A stretch of DNA of 64,000 bases from Tubulanus polymorphus. Lineage: Eukaryota > Animalia > Nemertea. The translations under genes were made by a program, and so were the position numbers. The notes under the pieces were generated by a model that saw only the letters and a program-made list of their open reading frames with translations, ran no database searches and was not told the origin of the DNA. Positions 1 to 13,397 of the stretch are shown piece after piece. The stretch lies in contig NC_134035.1 in assembly GCF_964204645.1 (NCBI RefSeq), positions 10,324,451-10,388,450 on the forward strand, written 5' to 3'. Within the stretch, counting starts at the first letter, position 1. Every line of letters starts with the position of its first letter.

Positions 1-60
1 AGCATCTAACTTTTGTTCATCATTATTCAATTAGGTAAAATGAAGAATTAATGAATTTAC

Positions 61-3000
61 CTTGGACTTCATCTGTCCAGAACAACACCGATGGTATAAT
101 AGGATCGATAATGTACACAGCGTTTTGCGATTGAGTCATCAAGAACTTTTTGCTGGAAGATATGAACGTTTTTCTAGAATATACAGAGAATAACTTAGTT
201 ACGGTGGTTCACTTTTCGTAGAGAGTCCAATGAACGATAAACCCACAAAAATAACAAATTCATTTCCAAAAATGAAATAATCCAACGCGATTGATTTCAC
301 TAATTCAATTCAGCCTCATCAGGTATACCGTAACTAAATAGAATAACAATGTAGAGAAGGGCACATAAGCCCACAGAAATAAAGTACTATTTAGAGAATG
401 AATACAAGATTTACACAGATCAATAGGTGTAACAGTAAAGCATCTATAATATATTGAGGGTATAAGAGGTACCAATAGCAAAAAGATGCGAGTTAAGTTT
501 AGGTTGGCATTATTCAACGAATCAGCAAAATCAATCATGTTGGATTAAATTATTTTTCAAAATGAATTTTGTTTTTGTTGTGGTTTTTTGTTGGTAGAGA
601 TGTACGTAAACATGAAAATTACCATATTTTCTGGATATGTTGAAAGTTGACGATTTTTGGCGCATGTTCTGTGCCGAGACAGGTAAAATCAACAGTACCG
701 CTTCTACAAAATATATACATCCAATAAAGCATCACTTCAGCAGCTCAGATTTGATTCGCGAATCTATAAAAAAACTCATACCTCGGTTTGAGAACCGTCA
801 TCGGTGCGATGGCGAGAAGTTCTTTGAAAGCATGAGTGCAGCGAACAGCACCGTCGAATCCAGCTTCCCACATGCGCGACTTAGGCCGAGCGCAATAGAT
901 AACCGGATCTGAAGTGGCTGACTTGTGGTAAAATACGGCCCCGAACTGTCCATCACTATAATACCGTAGATAATACATTTCATGAAAGTTACTTATTTGT
1001 ATAACGATAACCACACTCAAGCGCGGTGAACAGATAATAAGATAAAAACCCACTATCTACAGATGAAAAACGTCGTGTCTTATATATATTTTAGATTGAA
1101 TAAATAAATTCTTGTTTTTAAATTCTTTTAATCTGTAGATAGTGGGTTTTTATCTTATTACTTATTTGTAGTGCTGGTAATTGATTTCTGATTAAAAATA
1201 TCTCGAGTCCTGAACAATCAGAAATTGAAAGAATGGTGATATAATATAGAATGTGTGCGGAATGGGTACAGGCCGCAGTATTGATACCCGTATAAAGGAG
1301 TCATTGATTTACCGAAGTTGTCGACCGATTTGATGAAATACTCTCTTCTGCGTTTCACATATATAACACCGGGTCACCGTCGACACGAGTAACGATCCCT
1401 TACACGAGCTCAACTGGACGATACCACTTTCTAAAGACAAAATTACCTCAAACGGTACCTGAAAACATTTCAGTCAGTGTTGGTATCTTTTACAACGATT
1501 CGTTCATTTCTACTTTATCCTTCGAGTCAATGGTAACCCAAGGGACACAGTGTCGTGATAGGAAGGATTTAAGGATCGGGCATCTTACGAATGCAATTTT
1601 GATCATGTTTTAAGGACTAATGCATCATTGGAAACTAATTCCGAATGAACAATTATGAAGCAAAACTATGTATAGAGTGTTAGTGTTTTGACTCAATTAC
1701 ACGAGCCACTTTCAGAACTGTCATTGAAGATGGCTCAAAGAATTGAATCGAAACGTCACTTCTTAGTTTTTCTCAACAATTGTCCGATTTTACTTGAATT
1801 GAATGATAGACAATCACTTGTTCATGGAAACTGCGCTAGATAATCTTCAGGATCGATATGGTTAAACACCTACCAGTAGATAGTCCTTCTTTGATAAAGG
1901 AACGTTGATAACCGACACAAAACCAGCGTCATCACCGATGAATACCTGCGTGCCAGTGGCTAACCATTCAATCGAAGTTACGGAACGTTTCTCGTGTAGA
2001 TTACTAATTCGTACTGTTTGACATCGACCTTTTTCTACGTTCAGCTCAACAACGCATACATGACCGAGCCTGCAATACAATATCAATAGATTGAAATCTT
2101 TACTTTTGCTACAAATAATGTTGAGAGTGATAGGGTAATATGATACAACAAACCATAGGCGACAATGATTCTCGGGCTCAGGCTTGAACTATTAACCATG
2201 CGTTAGTTCCCATTGCATTTTGGATATGTTGTTTCTAGGGCCAATAGCTTAATTTTGTCAGGAAAATTTCTTTAATTTCGACCCTGTTCCTGCTGAACAG
2301 AGTTTTTAGTGCCTAGTTCTGCCACTAAATGGTGCATTGGGCACATTCTTTCTTTACGCTGTACAACTAGACCCCATACTAACCAAATTTCATCAACATC
2401 GACCCACTATCAACGAAGCTTAGTAGCTGAAAGTCAGACATGCATACAGACACACACATACAGATAGACAGACAGAGAATAAGGGAATGAAGCCCGAGAA
2501 CCAATATATTAGACCTTAACTATTCGAATGCAGATATGGGAGGAAAAATCATGGATCCACTGCTCACAACTGTTGAGCTGGATCCTGATTTTTTTGGCAA
2601 TTCAAATCTACGCACGTATATCAATTCATTATAAATATGAGTCATGAAGAGACTTACCCAGTCGCGTACGCTAAATAATTGTCATCGGGTCCAAACTGTA
2701 GGAGATGAACAGAACCTTCCTAGAAATAGAAACGAGAGTCAAAAATTATTTGATGAGAAGGAAATTAATCGAAGGGTTAGGATTCAAAAACTCCATTATA
2801 TGATGCAGTTACTTTTTTACCAGTTTTAACGTCAAAAAATGTTCAGATTGATCCGCAAATTAAAACTAAAATGTATTAAGCTAAGCATTCAAAATTTAGT
2901 TCCACTAACTTTTAATTCAATAAGATATCAAGCCATACACTAACAACTATCCCAAGATAAAACACTGAATTTGTTCAAGTCCTTCGTTATATCAATGGAA

Positions 3001-4154
3001 ATCACCTAAATGCCATAGGCCTATCTGCGCATCAAACTTCCAAATTTTTTCTTAGGGGAGGGTCTAGACCCAGGGACCCAGTTCCACAATTGTGAGTTAG
3101 AGTTAACTCTGAGTTAAAGAAGTTAGTTCATTTTCAATGAGTTAACTCAGAGTCAAATCTTAACTCAGAACTGTGGAACTGGACCCTGATTGTTGCCAAC
3201 CAGAAACAAACCCACCCCTCATTTTTCTGAACTTGGGTTTAAGCTCAATTGCGACACAACTGTTTTTCAGTACCTTCTGAGATGGAAGATGTTGTACACA
3301 TTTCAACGACTCTTTGTTAAATACATAAACTCCGCCAGTACTCGCACCGATAGCTACATAGTTCGCAGATACACCAATACCAGTATACTGAAATACATTT
3401 AATTCATTTACTATAATATATCAGTAATAACGCTGTATTAACAAAATGTTAGGCCTACTTTACATATTTGTAGAACTTTTAATTAAGTGTCTACAGTACT
3501 AGCACTGGAAGCTTGTTCAAAATGTTGGTAAAATGGTGGCTTTTCACCTTTTCATCTGCATAAAATTAAGGTTCAGGGTTAGGCAAATTTGCATTGCATT
3601 GGGTCGGGTAGCCATAAGGTAAATGGTCCAGCCCAGAGAGCAGCTGTAAACAAGTGCACAAGTCAAGTAGGCCTAACAGTTCTGGGTCCAATTCCACAGT
3701 TGTGAGTTAAGATTTAACTCTAGAGTTAACTCATTGAAAATGAACTCACAACAACTCTAACTCATAACAACTGTAGAACTGGGAACAGTTGCTCAAAAGT
3801 TGGTTAAGGATAACCAGTGGATAAATACCATACCATAGTAACAATGAAATTTAAATTGTCACGATGTCAACTATCCACTGGCACTGGTATACTCTAGCCA
3901 ACTTTTGAGCAACTGGCCCCAGGGTCCAAGCTGTTGACCTTGATGGCTCAGTGGTGCCGTAGAAATCACGAACGAAATACCGGTACCAGCACAGCTGTGG
4001 GCACGGTGAACTTTTGAAACAAGTACTCAACATAAAATTGAATTGAATTTAAGAACCTTACCTTAACTCTAGACGACAGTCGTATTGGAGAAAGAAGCTC
4101 TTCTTGAGAATGCCAGTCGATGAAGATGTGGCTGTAGATAGTTGTATCATCCAT
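61..4154 (-). CDS. HPS5: Hermansky-Pudlak syndrome 5 (BLOC-2 subunit) homolog, 5' exons; gene runs off the left edge
   Basis: GT-AG exons at ~4062-4154 (MDDTTIYSHIFIDWHSQEELLSPIRLSSRVK), 3274-3387 (YTGIGVSANYVAIGASTGGVYVF), 2658-2719, 1874-2069 (VCVVELN...VFIGDDAGFVSVI), 1313-1458 (IVQLSSCKGSLLVST), 782-955 (DGQFGAVF...IYCARPKSRMWEAGFDG), ~623-700 and 61-152. They follow the order of the HPS5 N-terminal beta-propeller motifs, recognised from memory of the family (TECPR2 is a related paralog). Confidence 0.88.
1003..1160. mobile_element. Penelope-like element fragment with internal inversion, in an HPS5 intron
   Basis: 1003-1067 matches 54643-54706 directly. 1068-1160 matches the reverse complement of ~54675-54765 and begins at AAACGTCGTGTC, part of the hammerhead motif. 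An inverted partial repeat is typical of Penelope insertions. Confidence 0.6.
3073..3188. mobile_element. palindromic MITE
   Basis: CCAGTTCCACAATTGTGAGTTA...TAACTCAGAACTGTGGAACTGG inverted ends; second copy in opposite orientation at ~3684-3783. Confidence 0.6.
3684..3921. mobile_element. two adjacent short palindromic MITEs
   Basis: 3684-3783 belongs to the same family as 3073-3188. 3786-3918 has CAGTTGCTCAAAAGTTGG...CCAACTTTTGAGCAACTG inverted ends, and the same end recurs near 57570. Confidence 0.55.
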
Positions 4155-5234
4155 GCTATCTATGACATCGCTTTTATATTTCAATGTATCTCCAAATTCA
4201 ACTTTCAGTCAACACAAAACTTTTGAAAAACTTTCATCTAGGGCAATCTTAAGACCTGCTGCATATGGCGTCACAAGCCCCGAGGCTTGTCACGCCATAT
4301 TGGGGCCTGACACGCCATGTGGTAAACATAAAATGAAAATTGATTCCTATGCAGGAGATGAAACGTCGACTATGTCTCGCGGCTTTATTTCCTAAATTGA
4401 AATATTGGAGTAGAGATGATTTTTTACGTATGCATGATAAGAACTACCGATCACATCACATATATGAAGTTGATTTTGAAATACTGTGTTTTGACCAAAC
4501 GTTTAGGATAAAAAGATTATTTTTAAAATCAATAAAATAACTTGAGTAATGTTTGAATCAAACTTTGTTTATTCGATATGAATTTCTTATTTCATTAGAA
4601 TCTGATGGGACAGGAAAATACAATTGGATAATACATGATATATTTACGGAATGACTTGTATTGATAGATTGAAAACATTACACTAAAAACAAAAGTTAAA
4701 AACTTATATAATATTTCACTGGCATATGAAAAATACAAAAACATAACATATTCACAGAACGATTTCTACAAAATTAAGATTTTAACATATTTACGGAATG
4801 ACTTGTATTGATAGATTGAAAATATCACAATTAAAACACAATTTAAAACGTATATAATATTTAACTTGCATATGAAAAATACAAAAACATTTACAGAACG
4901 ATTTCTACACAATCAAGATTTTAACAGGAAAATGCAATAGGATTACAAAACATATTTACGGAATGACTTGTATTGATAGATTGAAATTATTACACTTAAA
5001 ACACAAGTTAAAACTTTTCACTGCCATATGAAGAATAAAAAAATATAACATATTAACAGAATGAGTTTTACATAATAAAAATTGATCATTCTTCCTTAGA
5101 TGTGATGCATTGAACGATTTAAACTATCATATATTTCACTGGCATTTTAAGAATAGGAAAAATATATTTACAGATTAAGAACCACTGGTATAAGATGATA
5201 AATAATAGAGTCGACAATGAATTTTGAAGTTTGT

Positions 5235-8200
5235 TTAATTTTCGAGGTAGTATTTTTTGTATTTCATCAAACAATTTCGAAATGTCTGATCTTCTGTTCT
5301 TCGGCCAAGTTTGTCGCTTTCCGCGTATGTTATTTGCCTAAATTTCTGCACCACATATACAACGATTTCTTTTCTTAATACCTGGTCGATATACCATACT
5401 GCTCCTCTGAAAAGATATATAAATATTAACATATTATTTGTTTTTAAAAAGCAATTGTCATGAAAGACGGATCGTGGCCACAAATTAGAAGGCCTACTGG
5501 TACTTACAACATGTTTTCCTTGAAAACCTCCTCAAGGCGCTCTGAGTGCGGCAATCTTATGGTTGTGTATGCCGAAGAATATGGTGCACTGAAAGAAATA
5601 AAAGCAGTTATAATAAAGTCGGTCAATGTCAACTTGAATCATTTGATACGATGGAAATCATATGTTTTTCGCACTCACCCTTTCTTAGCGTAAGTATTCT
5701 TCGTTAAGTTTTGCAATTTATGGGCAAGACATTCATCTGCCTACGAAGTACATGTATGGTATTATGTTTTGTCAAACAAGGAAACTAGATTCATATATTC
5801 ATTTAATGTATGTATATTTATTCATACATTCGCATCTTTTCTTACCTGTGACGACAGAAGTCCGAGTCCGAATCCCTTTAGTGTACGTTCTGGTCGATTC
5901 GAAGTATTTGTGAGGAAGTCTATATGGCGTCTGTATTCGGGTTTACTAATTGGAGAATTGGAGATTATGATTAATGCCCATAAGCAGAGTTTAATTGTAA
6001 ATCGGTTTTCGCCGCTCGTTTACCTTGTCCTTTCAGCGTTTGCGACCTCACATATTCGCTTGTCGATGTCATTCATCTGAAAATCAGCAAATGAACATAT
6101 AAAAATGGTAGTTCCTTTTAACATAAAGATGTAGTAACGAAGGATATAACATTTTGTAAATATATTTTTCACGTTGATTGAACTATCTAATCATTGATCA
6201 CTTATTAAAACGACGAGGTGTCATAATGCATGTACCATTCATAGTGTACTTACTTGTTCCAAAAGAAATGTAACCGGAACCTGAAAAATATAATAGAGTA
6301 TTCAGAAACGAAATATTATTAACCAATTAATCTGGCAGATCATAACGTGAGAAAAATTCTTACCTGTTTACATCGTTCGCAACAATAATCAATTTCCTCC
6401 GCAATATCAGAATTCAGCCCAACACATTCTGGGTGAACCCAAACAGAGCACTCTTTGCACGCCATATACTTCCTATTGAATATAAATTAAAGATCGAAGA
6501 GAGTGTTATTCAAACATAGATAACATGCTGCGGAACTGCGCCCGGAATAATTGTCTCGCAGTAGTTGAGACCTACCTTCCATCATCCTTTTTTTGACAGA
6601 AACAGAAAATATCGCTCGATATTTTATTTTTCTTCCTTCGTGGGCCATACTCGAAACTAACGCTTTGACGCTATAGGTAAACAGTTTACATTCGGTCAAT
6701 GCATACAATCAATATACACGCAAACTTATATCCTACAAAACTCACTTTTGGGATTGGATTTCTGCGTAGGTTTTTGCGTTTTTCTGTGTGTTCATTTTCT
6801 AAAGCTACATAGTGCAGGTCTTGTAAATGACCTATCTTGATGGGTGTATCGTCGTATGTTTTTTCCGGATCTATGACAGTGATCGTGTTCGTTACGGAGC
6901 TTGTGTAGATCAATATTGATCGCCCACAGCTGTCGGCTGTGGCCTGGACAATAAGTGCATCTGCCCACGTAGTATCAACACTCATGGCTAGCAGGTAGCT
7001 TGTCCAATTTGAATGCGGATAGACGACGAAATCCGCTTTATCTGTACCATTCTGAAATAGATGTTTTAAAACATTCTATGAAAAATATAGTTTTGCCATT
7101 CGCATTTGGTTCGAGATGCTAGTTGGCCTTCGTGTGTATTCATTAATTTAATGACCACGTTACTTACTTTAATATATCGATGCATCCTCAAATAATCAAC
7201 GGCGTTTTTTCGCAAATGCGAAGGTGTGATGTCTAAACCCTCCATGACAAGTTGGTGACACACTGCAGCGAAAAAACAACTTCCGTCACCTGCCACGTTC
7301 TTGATCTTGAGCCCATTATCAGCTACAATACCGCGCAAACGTTCTTCCGCTGCCCGAAGTTCTTTCGACTCCTCCTTTGAAATGATGCATGCTATGCGAA
7401 TCGCGTCTCTTTCTATAAGAATAAATCTGTCTACTCAAGAATTGTTTATTCATAATAAAACTCAAGGGCTTATAGTCCATCAAATCAGAATGACCACAAA
7501 GGCTACCTTGTTTGCTTATTCTTTTCTCTTCGCTCTTCTCAATCCACTGACGGAGGTCAATAAAATCTTGACTTTCACTGTGGTCAAATGGACTATCATT
7601 TCGCGTATCCGCAGTAACTGGACTATCATTTCGCGTATCCGCAGTAACTGGACTATCATTTCGCGTATCCGCAGTAACTGGACTATCATTTCGCGTATCC
7701 GCAGTAACTGGACTATCATTTCGCGTATCCGCAGTTACTGGGCTATCATTTCGCGTATCCGCAGTAAATGGACTATCATTTCGCGTATCCGCAGTTACTG
7801 GACTATCATTTCGCGTATCCGCAGTTACTGGACTATCATTTCGCGTATCCGCAGTAAATGGACTATCATTTTGCGTATCCGCAGTTACTGGACTATCATT
7901 TCGCGTATCCGCAGTAACTGGACTATCATTTCGCGTATCCGCAGTAAATGGACTATCATTTCGCGTATCCGCAGTAACTGGACTATCATTTCGCGTATCC
8001 GCAGTAACTGGACTATCATTTCGCGTATCCGCAGTTACTGGACTATCATTTCGCGTATCCGCAGTAAATGGACTATCATTTCGCGTATCCGCAGTTACTG
8101 GACTATCATTTCGCGTATCCGCAGTTACTGGACTATCATTTCGCGTATCCGCAGTAAATGGGCTATCATTTCGCGTATTCGCAGTAACTGGACGTTGACT

Positions 8201-11200
8201 GTATGTATTCAATTCTGAAAGAAATAATATGGTCTTATTGATGTGTTATACATGGGATTCTTGAAAGTGACATAAGCAAAGAATATATTTAGGTATTGAC
8301 TTTTAACGTACCCGAGTTTATGCCTATATCGAACTTTATTCTTCCATATGGATCAATCGATGACACTTGCTCCGTTCTTTTCTCAAGTAAATGTTTCGTA
8401 TGACGATTGATTCGAACGTTCCACAAGTGAATAATGAGTCGCAGCACGAACACGTGTTTTGCAGCACCCATCACGTCGAGAAAATAATTGTCTCTTTTTA
8501 TTACAGAATTAATCTGTTCTTGCGATTGGCTATTTAGCCAACCACGTAACTGGCGCACATGGTTTATCCGTCTCAAAATATCTTCCTCGACGCTGGTGTT
8601 ACTTTCGTGAAAACGATCGAACAGTACGTAGGTATCCGTTGTACGAGTGATTGGATGACCACCTGTATCATTTACATAATCATGGTCATTTATGGCGGTG
8701 GAGACGGTTGACAACTGATCATATTTCGAGTGTCTTAAATACGGTATATCAATGTCTAGTTTTTTGTTTTTGGCCGCTGTGATATTTTCCTCGGTTGGTT
8801 CTAACAGACGGCCTTCGTTAGGATGAAACATATTCGGAGTGCGTTGATTGCCGTGTTTTGCTACTATCCCAGCCATGTCACTTATCACAACAGTCGGCTG
8901 GTGCTTCATGGAAAGTATCATGTCTACGTGATCTCTCGCCCCTTCTCCACGAAGTAACACCTTAATACCGTAGGCCACTCGATGTGGACATGTTACAGCA
9001 AGCCAACCACCTGACAATAAAAATAAACAGTCATATTATTCGAACGAACTTTATATTTAAGTGTGGAGAAACAACGAACATTGATCCTTACCTGAGGCTC
9101 CCCATAGTTTAACAAACTTTTTCATAGTACTATTGTTACCATAGACCTTGCTTTGAAGCATTTTAAGCATATCCGTTTTCGATCCGGTCTCTTTTATTCC
9201 GATGCTTCTGCATGCTTTCTGGATGTCTTTTTTCTTGTACTGTAATAATAGCATTTATTCCTTTTGGCCACTGTAGGTAAGAATTATTTAGTCATAATCT
9301 AGGTCTGTTAACTCCTTACCTCAGTGTCGTACATCAAATGTAATATCTGTTCGGCGGTTATCGTCAATTCATTGTCTTCATCATTGTTGTCGTCTTGAAC
9401 ATGCAAACAGTTGTATTTTTTGTACTCTGTATTTACAGCGGTATCACCGCGTCTACTTTTACCGATCCATGGCGCCCAGTTACTGAAGTTTGGGGCTATC
9501 TTGTTCGCCATGCAACCTAAAATATGTACAAACAAATGCTGTAGCCACTATTTGAGATGAATGTGTCTACCTTCTAATGTTGAAATGAATTGTGATGTTT
9601 TTGGTCAGAATAGCTACCTTTCCTCAGTCCTTGATTGATTATATCAGTTTCCACTTGCGAATAAAACGAATCAATATTTACATCATCCGTGCAGTCGTCT
9701 GTTGGCTCTAATTCTGAAGCTGCAATAGAAAATAACGCGATGAATGACGTCCGTTGGTAGAAACAAACAACTTTGTCGATCTGATCTACTAAAACTTGAT
9801 TTATGCCTTACCATTGAGTCTGAATGCTACTTTCCTACAAACGTCGAACATCAAAATCGGTGGATAATAACCACATTCGATACAAGTATACTCATAACTG
9901 TGAGAAGTAAGGCTTTCGAAATGAAGGTAGCCATCTAGAATTTTCTGTTGGTTGAGTTTTATGTTCGATGTTTCCTCTATGATTGACACCAAACGACCTA
10001 CTGCTGTATGATTCTGAAATGATTAGAGACATGAAATTTCATGAACAATAGAATTAACAAAGTCATATTTGAACTTTACAGTGAGGTTAATACTTACCAT
10101 CAAACCAGCTCGTAGCCACAGACATAAACGAATCGACAACAACAAACTGTCGTCGAAGTTATGAATTCCCTCATCGTGCTCCTGATATCGAAACCAATGA
10201 CCGCATTGTCTACATTGCCGAACGTATACTTCAACATCTTGAAAACAGTGTCATTGAAAATTATATGAGACAACATTTTAAATGTATTATTTTCGACTAA
10301 CTCAATTAAATAAATCCATTAAATAATTAAATCAAAATAACTTACCTGTGTGAATGGCAATAATATCGACAATTTTCCCGCGAAACGTAAATCTGTGTTC
10401 GTGCAGTTCACATCCGCATTTATGGCAACGATTTTCGCGAGGTCTAATCTGCGTGGTTTGGCTTGGGACTTGTAAATGTCCCGGGTTAACCGGGATTCGC
10501 TTGTAATCGCGTAAATAATGCAACAATTCGTCCAAAAGTTGGCCCTGTGGTGGATATGAATTTTCGATGGAATGGTCAGCGTCTTGGTGTCCGGAATTAT
10601 TGGATTTCACGTCAGTGAATGCCAGGTTTGATTGCAATAAAAACCACTTTGCAATAGACTTGTGGATACAGCCTTTTTTTCCTGATGAGCATTTACAATT
10701 TAATTGTAATGCTTTCCGATCGAACGAAATGACACATCTACCATGCCGACTCCATGATCGTACTTCTCCGCAAAATATTGACATATGGATAAAGCGGTCA
10801 CTTCTGATCCATACACTGATCAATGGAGCCTTTTTTTCCAATGCCAACTGTGAACGCGCTAGACAAGCATTTTTGCTATCTATTCCAATAATTTGTCTAT
10901 GTACAAGTGACTCTAAACTGTCGCTTTTTAACTGTGTATTTACATATGGAAGGGCGTGAGTAGCACTTTTGACGTGTGGACACTGGTATGCATTATTGCC
11001 ACCACGTGCAGACGCTTCTTGTGCCGAGATGCACGTTTCGTTTTCGCAACTGAACATTGCAAGCGGCGATGCCCTTGCAATCACATGGATAGGGTATCCC
11101 GCTCCGTGCATAGAATTCGCGATCAGAAATATTCCCCGATTGGGGTCGACACATATACCGGGGTGGTGTCTGTTGGAATCAATAATTGCAGATGAATGCT

Positions 11201-13272
11201 GTGCCATATGCTTCTTCATATTTTTTCTATACCTAATGGTAGCATTGCAATATGTACATTTCACATTGTCCCATTTAGTATTCGGTACTTCGTTGACGGA
11301 TACAACTTCTGCAGAGCGCGGATTCGATACTTCGTTGACGGATACGACTGCTGCAGAGCGCGGATTCGATACTTCGTTGACGGATACGACTGCTGCAGAG
11401 CGCGGATTCGGTACTTCGTTGACGGATACGATTGTTGCTAAGCGCGGATTCGGTACTTCGTTGACGGATACAACTTCTGCAGAGCGCAAATTCGGTACTT
11501 CGTTGACGGATACGACTGCTGCAGAGTGCGGATTCGGTACTTCGTTGACGGATACGACTGCTGCAGAGTGCGGATTCGGTACTTCGTTGACGGATACGAC
11601 TGCTGCAGAGCGCGGATTCGGTACTTCGTGGACGGATACGACTGTTTTATTACATGCGACTAGATGTGTTTCGAAATTCTCTCTCCGCGATATGATGGCC
11701 AAACACTCGGGGCAATGGTAATGGCCATGTCCACTTTGGTTTCGGCAACAAACATGATGGCATGCGAGTATAAGTATATCTAGCAAAAGCAACAAAAAAA
11801 AACAGAAAAAAAGATTAGAAGCAATAATAATACATCGCTTTCATTGTCTGGTAGCCTTATATTCAAGAAATGCATAGTTCAGTTTACCTCTGTACAAAAA
11901 CGCTGATTTTCTATGGCTTAGTAGATGGTTCTTTAATCGCGACTTTTTTGCTGGCTTAAAGACGGTAGTTGGACACGCTGGGCAGCTGTGTAGAGGTTGC
12001 TTCGGTAGCGACTCCAAATACGTATCAACAGACTTTATGATAGAGGCATGCGGCTGCATCGAAAATTACATTATTCATAATATTAGATGAATTAAACTAA
12101 TTGTCACTGATTATATCTTTAGTTTCAACTAATTATGTATTGTTCATGATATACTTATCATTTAGTCTTAGAAAACAAAACAAATACTGCTATCTTAAAC
12201 GTTGGACCCGGACGGTTTTCCGTACAAACAAATGAATAATTGTCACTAATTATCATAAATATTCAAAGGTTTATCATTCTACATGGTGTGTCAATCATTT
12301 AAACTTAGAAAAAAGGCAAATATTGTTTCAAAAAGCTCCTAAAATCACGCTGTCTGCTACATGGCGTGTCAGGCCCCAAACGGTCTGCAGAATAGCTTCA
12401 ATTGAGACATGGCGTGAGAAGACCCGATCGATTTTCCGTACAAACAAATGAATAATTGTCACTAATTATCATGAATATTCAAAGGTTTATCATTCTACAT
12501 CGTATGTCAATCATTTAAACTTAGAAAAAAGGCAAATATTGTTTCAAAAAGCTCCTAAAATCACGCTGTCTGCTACATGGCGTATCAGGCCCCAAACGGT
12601 CTGCAGAATAGCTTCAATTGAGACATGGCGTGAGAAGACCCGATCGATTTTCCGTACAAACAAATGAATAATTGTCACTAATTATCATGAATATTCAAAG
12701 TTTTATCATTCTACATCGTATGTCAATCATTTAGACTTAGAAAAAAGGCAAATATTGTTTCAAAAAGCTTCTAAAATCACGCTGTCTGCTACATGGCGTG
12801 TCAGGCCCCAAACGGTCTGCAGAATAGCTACAATTGAGACATGGCGTGAGAGGACCCGATCGATTTTCCGTACAAACAAATGAATAATCGTCACTAATTG
12901 TCTTAAATGTTCTAGGATTAATCTTTCTACATGGATTGTCAATCATTTAGACTTAGAAAAAAGGCAAATATTGTTTCAAAAAGCTCCTCAAATCACGCTG
13001 TCTTCTACATGGCGTGTCAGGCCCCAAGTGTTCTGCAGCCAATATGGCGTGAGAGGACCCGATCGGTTTTCCTTAAAATGAATGATCTTCACTAATTATC
13101 TTAAACGTTGGAAAGTTAACCTTCTTTGCTTGGTAGCCTCAGACAATATTATTAAGGAATATTCCAGAATTCAGATTCATACGACCTGATATCATCAATT
13201 AAATTATGTAAATGTAAAAAAATGCAAAAAAAAATAACTTACAGTGCTCCGTCTTTGTACAATATCCTCCAT
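5235..13272 (-). CDS. spliced multidomain transposase: C2H2 fingers, SWIM, Cys clusters, KDZ core, SAP, repeat linker, UIM-like helix, OTU, PHD, C-terminal domain
   Basis: Candidate first exon 13243-13272 (MEDIVQRRST|gtaagt); exons ~11888-12053, 10345-11779, 10098-10237, 9814-10013, 9320-9516, 9092-9240, 8312-9011, 7507-8214, 7168-7413 and further small exons down to a stop at 5235. GT-AG junctions were phase-compatible where I checked them; exact boundaries of the small exons are approximate. Confidence 0.75.
6364..6612 (-). CDS. PHD finger exons of the transposon protein
   Basis: Spliced IFCFCQKKDDG|RKYMACKECSVWVHPECVGLNSDIAEEIDYCCERCK = C4HC3 pattern. Confidence 0.8.
6746..7413 (-). CDS. 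OTU cysteine protease (deubiquitinase) exons, preceded by a UIM-like helix
   Basis: VAGDGSCFFAAVCHQL (Cys box), LRKNAVDYLR, TWAD and IGHLQDLHYVAL (His box). Upstream ERDAIRIACIISKEES fits the UIM pattern phi-x-x-A-phi-x-x-S-x-x-E. Confidence 0.85.
7586..8192. repeat. 30-bp coding minisatellite, ~20 copies (TADTRNDSPV/F on the minus strand)
   Basis: Unit GGACTATCATTTCGCGTATCCGCAGT(A/T)A(C/A)T, head to tail, inside exon 7507-8214. Confidence 0.95.
8312..10013 (-). CDS. KDZ/Zisupton transposase catalytic core plus SAP domain
   Basis: CIECGYYPPILMFD; SAP-like KKDIQKACRSIGIKETGSKTDMLKML; SGGWLAVTCPHRVAYGIKVLLRGEGARDHVD, VISDMA, LFDRFH, NSQSQEQ, as in HMGXB3/Zisupton-type transposases. Confidence 0.85.
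10345..11779 (-). CDS. zinc-finger and SWIM exon of the transposon protein
   Basis: HYHCPEC...FETHLVAC; CTYC...MKKHMAQH; SWIM CKCSSGKKGCIH; CHKC. Confidence 0.8.
11281..11645. repeat. 42-bp coding minisatellite, ~9 copies (VVSVNEVPNPRSAA)
   Basis: Unit TTCGGTACTTCGTTGACGGATACGACTGCTGCAGAGCGCGGA, in frame within the zinc-finger exon. Confidence 0.95.
12215..13080. repeat. ~217-bp tandem repeat (~4 copies) in the first intron of the transposon gene
   Basis: Recurring TTAGAAAAAAGGCAAATATTGTTTCAAAAAGCT...CATGGCGTGTCAGGCCCCA...CATGGCGTGAGA(A/G)GACCCGATCG at ~12305, 12521, 12738, 12953; related motifs at 13878-14220. Confidence 0.9.
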
Positions 13273-13385
13273 CGCTAAATCCACATGACAGCCGCTGAGA
13301 AACAATTCTAAATTGCTTTTTAGAAATGATATCGACGTCGAAAGGACACTGACACAACGTATTCTGAATCCTGACTGCGACTGGT

Positions 13386-13397
13386 TTATTTATATAC
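13386..13397 (-). promoter_or_regulatory. candidate TATA box of the transposase gene
   Basis: GTATATAAATAA on the minus strand ~115 bp upstream of the candidate ATG at 13272. Confidence 0.4.

Noticed and set aside
7586-8192. 30-bp repeat array as a CRISPR array
   Set aside because: Units are head to tail with no unique spacers; eukaryotic context; in frame within an exon.
7301-8218. 305-aa plus-strand ORF (WTIISRIRSN repeats) and plus-strand ORF 10969-11721
   Set aside because: Antisense shadows of stop-free minisatellites; splice sites and domains support the minus strand.
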